Positions 57,885 through 64,000 of a DNA stretch of 64,000 nt are shown here, piece by piece. The notes under the pieces are model-generated. The model saw only the letters and a program-made list of their open reading frames with translations, was not told where the DNA came from and did not search any database. This DNA is from an uncultured Chloroflexia bacterium (lineage in GTDB: Bacteria > Chloroflexota > Limnocylindria > Limnocylindrales > CSP1-4): assembly GCA_963813535.1 (NCBI GenBank), contig CAWEZH010000003.1, positions 192,001 to 256,000 on the forward strand, written 5' to 3'. A program made the position numbers and the translations under genes. How positions within the stretch are numbered: the stretch's first letter is position 1; each line of letters starts with the position of its first letter.

Positions 57885-60800
57885 TCACCCGAGGCGGCGC
57901 ATACCGGCGTGGCCCATCTGCCGAACGCCACCCGGCTGTTCAGGCCCACCGGCCGTGGCGGCCACCTCGGAGAGCGGCTGGACCGCATGCGCCACGAGAT
58001 TGACGACCGACCCCTCTCGCTGCAGCTCGCCATCGACCAGCAGCAGGGCGTGGCGACGGACCACCCCGCGTAGTCGCTCCCAGGTGGTCGGCCAGAGCGT
58101 GACGTTGACCATGCCGGTCTCGTCCTCGAGCGCGAGGAAGACCGTGCCCTTGGCGGTCATCGGGTGTTGCCGGGTGACCACCAACCCGCCGACCCGCACC
58201 CTGCCTGGCTTGCTGTCCGACAACGACGCGTTCGTCACCGCGCCGAGTCGATCCAGCGCCCCGCGGAACAGTCCGACAACCTGACGCTGCGCATCGACGC
58301 CGAGGACGGCGTACGCATCGCCGAGCCGCTCCGACTCGGTGATCGCGGGAAGGTCCGGCACGTCGGTCGGCGGCAGGCGCAGATCCATCGGTCGACCGGC
58401 GGCGGCACCACGCTTCCCGGCGGCGCGGCCCAGGGCCCGGACGGTCCGCCCGTCCATCCGGCCACGCGACGCGCCGGCGACCTCGCGCAGCTGCCACAGG
58501 AGCTCACGCCGTGGCCGCCCGAGCGAATCCATCGCCCCGCTTCGGATCAGCCGCTCGAGCACCTCTTCGGGCAGGTCGGTCCGTTCCACGACGTCGACCA
58601 GGCTGCGATACGGGCCGCGTGCCCGCTCGGCATCAAGCAACGCCTCGTGCTGCTCGCCGATCCCCTTCACGAGGTGCAGCCCGAGTCGAACGCCCCAGCC
58701 ACCGGTCGCCGACGGCGTCCATCGCTCGCGGGCCTCGCCCGACGGCACGATGCAGCCGGATGAGATGACCGTGTCCGGCTGGCCGTCCGCCCCGACCCAT
58801 TCCGTCGTCGTCTTGTACGACGACGTGTTGATATCGACCGGCAGGACCGCGACACCGTGGCGCTTCGTGTCGTTGACGAGGACCTCGACCGGGTAGAACC
58901 CCATCGGCTGGGCATTGATCAGACCGACCAGGAACTGGGCCGGATAGAACAGCTTGAGGAACGACGACTCGTAGGCGGTCCGGGCGAACGCCGCGGCATG
59001 GCTCTTGGCGAACCCGAACGAGGCGAACGCCGAGACCTGCCGGAACAGCTCCTCGGCATCGGGCTCGGTCATGCCCGGCTGGCGCAGCGCTCCCTCGACG
59101 AACTGCGCATGGAGCTTCTCCATCTCGCGCGAGGAGCGCCACGTGCCCATCGCCCGGCGGAACCCATCCGACTCTGCCGGCGAGAACCCCGCGACCTCGA
59201 TGGCGATGCGCATCACCTGCTCCTGGTAGAGGATCACGCCGAGCGTGTCCTGAAGCACCGGCTCGAGGCTCGGATGGAGGTAGACCACCGGCTCGAGACC
59301 CTGCTTGCGGCGCAGGAACGGGTGGACGGCGTTGCCCTGGATCGGGCCCGGCCGGATGATCGCGACCTCGACCACCAGGTCGTCGAGGGTTTGCGGCTTC
59401 GACTTCGGGAGCGTCTGCATCTGCGCCCGGCTCTCGACCTGGAAGACCCCCACGGTGTCGGCCGCCTGGAGCATCTCGAAGACCTCGGGGATCTCCTCGG
59501 GCAGACGGTCGAGGTCGAGGCAGATGGCGCAGTCGTGCTCGATGAGCTGGAGCGTCTCGTCGATCGCGGCCAGCATGCCGAGCCCGAGCAGATCGAGCTT
59601 GATGAGCTTGAGCGTCTCGACGTCGCGCTTGTCGAACTGGACCACGACCCGGTCGGGCATCGTCGCCTTCTCGAGCGGCGCGATATCGATCAGCGGCGCG
59701 GCCGTCACCAGCATCCCGCCCGAATGGATCGACAGGTGGCGCGGGAAGCCGTCGATGCGCGCGCAGAACTCGAGCCAGCGTTCCCAGTGGGACAGCCCCA
59801 CCGTCGAACCGCCACGGGCTCGAGGCGGCTCCTCCGGCTCGATGCGAGCGACCGAGCTCGAATTCGCTGGCGTGGGCGGCGGGTCCCACATGCTCGGGCG
59901 GCCGAGCCGATCGGTCTTGCGGGGTGGCGACAGCTGCATGCCGCTCTCCGGGTCCAATCCTCGGGCCGATGGCGTCGCGGAGCTCCGCCTCGGACCTCGG
60001 AGCGAACCTCGCCGATCCGCCGGACCCGCGCCCTGTCCCTGGTCCGGGTAGCCGGTCCCTCGCCCGGCACGCAGCCACGCGACGCTCGCCGGGGTGTCGC
60101 CTGGACCGCCCTCGTCGTCGGACGGCCCGTGGCGGATCGTCGTCACCGGCGCGAGCGGATCCTCGGCGGATGCCTCCCGCATCCAGGCGAACGGTCGCGG
60201 TGCGTCGGGGTCCTCCGGTCTGGGCGGCTGGCGCCAGGGTGGCACCTTCCCCACGAGCGGGATCCGCGTGTTCAACTGACCCATCCGGTCGACGAGACCG
60301 TGCGCCTCGGCTTCCTCGGCCGCACGTGCCTCGCCAGGCAGACCCTCCCCCGTCCGTCGGAAGAACTCGGCGAACCCGCCGTCGGCCTCGAGGTCGCGCC
60401 GGACCATCACCGAGTCGTACGTTTCGAGCGCCTTGGCCACCCGATCGACGAGCGGTCGCGGGAACCCCAGCGCGTAGCCCACCTCACGGACCGCCGAACG
60501 CGCCCGGTACGTGACGAGGTTGCAGACCATCCCCGTGTGCTCCGGCCCGTAGCGTCGGTAGATGTACTGGATGACCTCCTCCCGGCGCTCCGAGCTGAAA
60601 TCGATGTCGACGTCCGGGTACGTCGTCCGACCGGGATTGATGAACCGTTCGAACAGGAGGTTGTGGGCGATCGGCTCGACTCGGCTGATCCCGAGCGTGT
60701 ACGACACGATCGAGCTGGTCGCACTGCCCCGGCCCTGGGCGGGGATCCCCCGTTCCCTGGCGAAGCGCATGAGGTCCCAGCAGATGAGGAAGAACTCGGC

Positions 60801-62003
60801 GAGGCCGGCTCGTTCGATCACGTCGAGCTCGTGGGCGAGCCGCGTGACCACGGCAGAGGTCAGCGGGTGGTAGCGATAGCGGGCACCCGCCCAGCACAGC
60901 TCCGACAAGTAGGAGAACGGCGTCTCCCCGGACGGCACCGTGAACCCCGGGAAGCGGTACTGCTCGAACTCGAGATCGAGCGCGCACGACGCGGCCAGCT
61001 CGACCGACGTCGCGATGCCCTCACGCCAGGCCCGTGCCGTGTCCGCGTCGAACCCGGTGGCGACTGCCGCCATCTCGTCGCCCGACTTCACGAACGACTC
61101 GGCGTCGGGTCGCCGCAGGTCGGCCAGGGTGTCGAGTGTCCGGCCATGGCGGATCGCGGTCAGGACGTCGTGGAACTCGCGGTCGTCCGGGGTCGCGTAG
61201 TGGACGTCGTTGGTGACCACGACCGGCAGACCGAGCTCCGCCGCGAGCGCCGCGGACTCCGCCACGAGCCAGTCGTCATCGGGGAGCAGGTGGTGCGAGA
61301 GCTCGATGAAGAAGCCGCTGGTCGACGGCCCGTCGCCACGGCCGAAGAGCGCGGCGTAGCGCTCGGCGACGGCACGGGCGCCGGCTCGATCGCCGACTCG
61401 CAGTCGCCGGGCGATCTCGCCGTCACGGCAGCCGGACAGCGCGACGATGCCCTCGTGCTCCGCCTCGAGCAGCTCGTGCCGGAAGCGGGGCACGGCCTTC
61501 GTCCCGGACATGTTCGCCCGGGAGATCACCCTGCTCAGGCTGCGCCAGCCGACCGGGGAGCGCGCGAGCAGCACGAGGTGCGGTCCGCGCGCCCGGTCGC
61601 CGATGCCGCGGAAGTCCTCCTTGACCGGATCGCGGTGGCCGGGAAGCTTCGCCCGCCGCGGCCTCGGTCGGGCCGGCCGACCCTCGGTCACGAGTGGCTC
61701 CGTCGCCGCGGGCTCGGCGCGGCGCCGGCGCGGTCGACGTCGGGGCGGGATGACGACGGCATCGGGATCCGGTACGGCCGGGTCCAGCAGGCCGATCTCC
61801 GTGCCGACGATGCCATGCAGTCCGGCCTCCTCGGCCGCACCCATGAACCGCACCGCGCCGTACAGGCCGTTGTGGTCCGTGACCGCCAGGCCGCGCAAGC
61901 TTTTGGCAACCGCATGGTCGACCAGATCATCCGGCGCCGAGGCCCCGTCGAGGAACGAGAAGTTGGTGTGGGCGTGGAGCTCGGCGTAGGGGATGGTCGC
62001 CAC
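57885..62003 (-). CDS. dnaE2: Error-prone DNA polymerase III alpha (DnaE2) with insertions
   Basis: YAELHAHTNFSFLDGAS, QGRGSA, PDVDIDF, FPRHLSIHSGG, KLDLLGLGML, FQVESRAQM, FAKSHA, NAQPMGFY, RQHPMTAKGTVF.LEDETG; SOS box upstream. Confidence 0.93.
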   Translation of the reverse strand: MATIPYAELHAHTNFSFLDGASAPDDLVDHAVAKSLRGLAVTDHNGLYGAVRFMGAAEEAGLHGIVGTEIGLLDPAVPDPDAVVIPPRRRPRRRRAEPAATEPLVTEGRPARPRPRRAKLPGHRDPVKEDFRGIGDRARGPHLVLLARSPVGWRSLSRVISRANMSGTKAVPRFRHELLEAEHEGIVALSGCRDGEIARRLRVGDRAGARAVAERYAALFGRGDGPSTSGFFIELSHHLLPDDDWLVAESAALAAELGLPVVVTNDVHYATPDDREFHDVLTAIRHGRTLDTLADLRRPDAESFVKSGDEMAAVATGFDADTARAWREGIATSVELAASCALDLEFEQYRFPGFTVPSGETPFSYLSELCWAGARYRYHPLTSAVVTRLAHELDVIERAGLAEFFLICWDLMRFARERGIPAQGRGSATSSIVSYTLGISRVEPIAHNLLFERFINPGRTTYPDVDIDFSSERREEVIQYIYRRYGPEHTGMVCNLVTYRARSAVREVGYALGFPRPLVDRVAKALETYDSVMVRRDLEADGGFAEFFRRTGEGLPGEARAAEEAEAHGLVDRMGQLNTRIPLVGKVPPWRQPPRPEDPDAPRPFAWMREASAEDPLAPVTTIRHGPSDDEGGPGDTPASVAWLRAGRGTGYPDQGQGAGPADRRGSLRGPRRSSATPSARGLDPESGMQLSPPRKTDRLGRPSMWDPPPTPANSSSVARIEPEEPPRARGGSTVGLSHWERWLEFCARIDGFPRHLSIHSGGMLVTAAPLIDIAPLEKATMPDRVVVQFDKRDVETLKLIKLDLLGLGMLAAIDETLQLIEHDCAICLDLDRLPEEIPEVFEMLQAADTVGVFQVESRAQMQTLPKSKPQTLDDLVVEVAIIRPGPIQGNAVHPFLRRKQGLEPVVYLHPSLEPVLQDTLGVILYQEQVMRIAIEVAGFSPAESDGFRRAMGTWRSSREMEKLHAQFVEGALRQPGMTEPDAEELFRQVSAFASFGFAKSHAAAFARTAYESSFLKLFYPAQFLVGLINAQPMGFYPVEVLVNDTKRHGVAVLPVDINTSSYKTTTEWVGADGQPDTVISSGCIVPSGEARERWTPSATGGWGVRLGLHLVKGIGEQHEALLDAERARGPYRSLVDVVERTDLPEEVLERLIRSGAMDSLGRPRRELLWQLREVAGASRGRMDGRTVRALGRAAGKRGAAAGRPMDLRLPPTDVPDLPAITESERLGDAYAVLGVDAQRQVVGLFRGALDRLGAVTNASLSDSKPGRVRVGGLVVTRQHPMTAKGTVFLALEDETGMVNVTLWPTTWERLRGVVRRHALLLVDGELQREGSVVNLVAHAVQPLSEVAATAGGPEQPGGVRQMGHAGMRRLG

Positions 62004-62048
62004 AGCGGTCGCCTCGATCGGACCAGTGGAAGGGGGTTGACAATCATA

Positions 62049-62060
62049 GAACAAATGTTC
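62049..62060. promoter_or_regulatory. LexA (SOS) box GAAC-N4-GTTC
   Basis: GAACaaatGTTC upstream of dnaE2, beside a minus-strand TATGAT (62043-62048) and a plus-strand TTGACA (62037-62042). Confidence 0.88.
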
Positions 62061-62107
62061 ACTGTCCGGACGCGAAACAAGTCGGGTGGGTTCGGCGTCT
62101 CTTGGGC

Positions 62108-62251
62108 ATGCACGCACCCATCCAGCTCGATCGCCCGCTCCGACCGGTCGCCATGACCGCGCTCCGGACGGCACTGGGTGTGATAGGCGCGCTGCTCTTG
62201 ATCCTCGTCGTCCTGCCCTCCCTCCTGGAGGCCCAGTCGGCGGCGATCTAG
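62108..62251 (+). CDS. Small single-TM protein (47 aa; alternative ATG at 62153 gives 32 aa)
   Basis: MHAPIQLDRPLRPVAMTALRTALGVIGALLLILVVLPSLLEAQSAAI; below the ORF-track cutoff; downstream of TTGACA and the SOS box. Confidence 0.55.
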   Translation: MHAPIQLDRPLRPVAMTALRTALGVIGALLLILVVLPSLLEAQSAAI

Positions 62252-62355
62252 CCACTACATAGCGTCTCGGCGCCTGGGGGCTCGGGACGATCGGCGGCCT
62301 TGACCGCGATGGTCGGGAGCCGACCTGCCGGACCGCTGGTGAGCATCGGTCCGGC

Positions 62356-62393
62356 ACACAGGACCCCGTCGCTGGGGGCGACGGGGTCCTGTC
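62356..62393. repeat. Palindromic repeat, copy 1
   Basis: acacaggaccccgtcgctgggggcgacggggtcctgtc; near-identical copy at 63622. Confidence 0.85.
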
Positions 62394-62490
62394 ACGTCCG
62401 GCGCGCGGGATCCGAGCGACGTATACAAACTATGGGCAGCGCGACGTGCCAAGGAGCTGGATACGACTCGATAGGGTGAAGGGAGCCGCT

Positions 62491-62766
62491 ATGTACGCCG
62501 TCGTGGTTCGAGAGACCGGACAACGTGAGGCGATCGAGGGCAGCGGGGAGCTTCTCGCGGCGAACCTGTTGCCCCGTGTCCGTGAGGCGCCGGGGGTAGT
62601 CTCGGCCTCCTTCATGTCGGACGGGAAGGGCGCGACCCTGAACGTGATCGTCTTCGAAAGTGAGGAAGCAGCGCGAGCCGCTCTCCAGCTCACCCGCAAT
62701 GCCCCACGTCCAGGGTTCCTCGAGCTGGAGAGCGCCGACCTCTACATGGTGCTCGCGCACTTCTGA
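62491..62766 (+). CDS. Small dimeric alpha+beta barrel (ABM-like) protein
   Basis: MYAVVV...LPRVREAPGVVS...VFESEEAARAA; GGGAG RBS. Confidence 0.65.
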   Translation: MYAVVVRETGQREAIEGSGELLAANLLPRVREAPGVVSASFMSDGKGATLNVIVFESEEAARAALQLTRNAPRPGFLELESADLYMVLAHF

Positions 62767-62827
62767 TGACTCGACCTCATGACATTGGCGAACGCTGAGC
62801 GACGCACGACCGAGAGAAGGGAGCGAG

Positions 62828-63424
62828 GTGACCCACCCGATCGCGGACATCATCGGCGACTACCGGGGGTTCGCGGCCGAGCAACGCGACCGCCTTCTCG
62901 CGCGCGGCATCGACATTGCCCCGTACGCGCTCAGCCACCTCGCCTTCCGCGTGCCCGAGTGGGACCAGTACGTGCACGTCCGGACGCTCCTGGAGCGCCA
63001 CGCGGTCGCCAATCGCGAGAACTTATGGAACGGCCGACCTATCTCCTTGATCCTTCCCGCCGAGCCGCTCGAGGTCCTTGACGGCAAAGCGGTTCCGATG
63101 ATCGAGCTCATCCCCCCAGTTCATCAGCGCGTCTACAAGATGGGCCTGGAGCACCTCGGCGTCGTCGTGGGTGACGGGTTCGACACGTTCGTCGAAGCCC
63201 ACAAGCCCGTCTTGACGGGCCAGCAGTTCCAAGGCCCGAACAGCACACCCGACCCGGTCTACATCCTGTTCGAGGACTTCACGCACGTGAAGTTCTATCG
63301 ACTCTCACTGCAGGCATCCGTCGAACTCTTCGGTGACCGGTTCGACGACGGGTTCCAGCACATCGAGGGCTGGGTGCCCCAGCGGCTGGTCACCGCGACC
63401 GGCCCGAATCCACTCCCGCGATGA
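62828..63424 (+). CDS. VOC-family protein (YecM-like)
   Basis: SHLAFRV, NGRPISL, IELIPP, GLEHLGVV, VKFY motifs. Confidence 0.75.
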   Translation: MTHPIADIIGDYRGFAAEQRDRLLARGIDIAPYALSHLAFRVPEWDQYVHVRTLLERHAVANRENLWNGRPISLILPAEPLEVLDGKAVPMIELIPPVHQRVYKMGLEHLGVVVGDGFDTFVEAHKPVLTGQQFQGPNSTPDPVYILFEDFTHVKFYRLSLQASVELFGDRFDDGFQHIEGWVPQRLVTATGPNPLPR

Positions 63425-63621
63425 CCGACGTGCCTCAGAATCTCGTGTTCAGGAGTGACACTCCGCGACGCTGAGTGAGCACGGCGATGACCGTCAGGTC
63501 GGGCCTGCAAGGTTTTCGTTCCACGTGACGTCCGCGAACACGTCGTTGATACGCGGGTCCCAGCGTGTCGACCGACAACGAACGGTCTGCACCGTACCCC
63601 GGCTGACACCGCCTACCCGCA

Positions 63622-63661
63622 ACACAGGACCCCGTCGCATTGGGGGCGGCGGGGTCCTGTC
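63622..63661. repeat. Palindromic repeat, copy 2
   Basis: acacaggaccccgtcgcattgggggcggcggggtcctgtc. Confidence 0.85.
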
Positions 63662-63684
63662 GTTGCCCGGGCTAGACTCCCCCG

Positions 63685-64000
63685 ATGTCCACGCGAGCCC
63701 GCCGCCTCCTGCTGACGCTCCCCGCCGTCGCGCTGATCCTCACCGCGTGTGGCCCGACGCCGAGCCCGGCGCCCAGCTCCGTCACGAGCCCGTCGTCGAG
63801 CGCGTCGAACCCGGCGGCGGCCACGCCGAGCGAGGCCACCGAGTCGGGGTCGCCCGCCGCCTCGGTGGCCGGCCAGACCGACACTGCCTGGGGCCGCATC
63901 TGGGACACGGTCCCGGATGGCTTTCCACGATTCCCCGGCGCCACTCCCGCCGACGACGCGAGCAGCGAGCCGGCGAGCGCCCGATACGCCGTCCCGGGCG
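63685..64000 (+). CDS. Hypothetical lipoprotein (5' part; runs off the window edge)
   Basis: MSTRARRLLLTLPAVALILTAC lipobox, S/P-rich linker, WGRIWD; TAGACT 6 nt upstream of the ATG. Confidence 0.7.
   Translation, partial: MSTRARRLLLTLPAVALILTACGPTPSPAPSSVTSPSSSASNPAAATPSEATESGSPAASVAGQTDTAWGRIWDTVPDGFPRFPGATPADDASSEPASARYAVPG

Noticed and set aside
59795-60360. Intein in DnaE2
   Set aside because: No Cys/Ser N-terminal block, no His-Asn C-terminal motif and no LAGLIDADG; the segment is low-complexity.
58857-62156. 1099-aa plus-strand ORF, and other long antisense ORFs such as 11759-13966 and 39579-41381
   Set aside because: Shadow frames of well-identified genes, expected in high-GC DNA; no recognisable motifs.
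63672-63944. 90-aa minus-strand ORF
   Set aside because: It is antisense to the lipoprotein starting at 63685, which has a lipobox and a -10 element.

Overview
High-GC bacterial chromosomal window, mostly core genes. Gene content, the GAAC-N4-GTTC SOS box and the CIRCE/HrcA system fit Chloroflexota, possibly a Limnocylindria-like lineage (inference, no search run). Left to right: manC, a C39-like secreted protein, an XRE-cupin regulator divergent from a potADBC-type polyamine ABC operon, and a SAM/methionine-recycling neighbourhood (metK, ahcY, GNAT, mtnA, apt). Next come an S8 protease, an MFS transporter, mfd-pth and the lepA-hemW-hrcA-grpE-dnaK...dnaJ-prmA-hit-rpsU-yqeY-pgpH-ybeY array, interrupted by several inserted blocks. 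The right end holds rpsT, gap-pgk-eno, a nucleoside phosphorylase, a lamin-tail/OB-fold surface protein and an SOS-boxed dnaE2. No rRNA, tRNA, CRISPR, transposase or integrase was seen. Most notable: (1) a split-barrel flavin-binding gene coupled to a MenA-type prenyltransferase with an extra N-terminal domain; (2) one LexA box between an insert-laden dnaE2 without adjacent imuAB and an unannotated small single-TM ORF; (3) histone H1-like Lys/Ala tails on both PGK and S20; (4) a duplicated hairpin bracketing a 1.2-kb two-gene cassette; (5) a candidate CTGWA-N7-TWCAG operator; (6) three +1 frameshifts that look like assembly indels.
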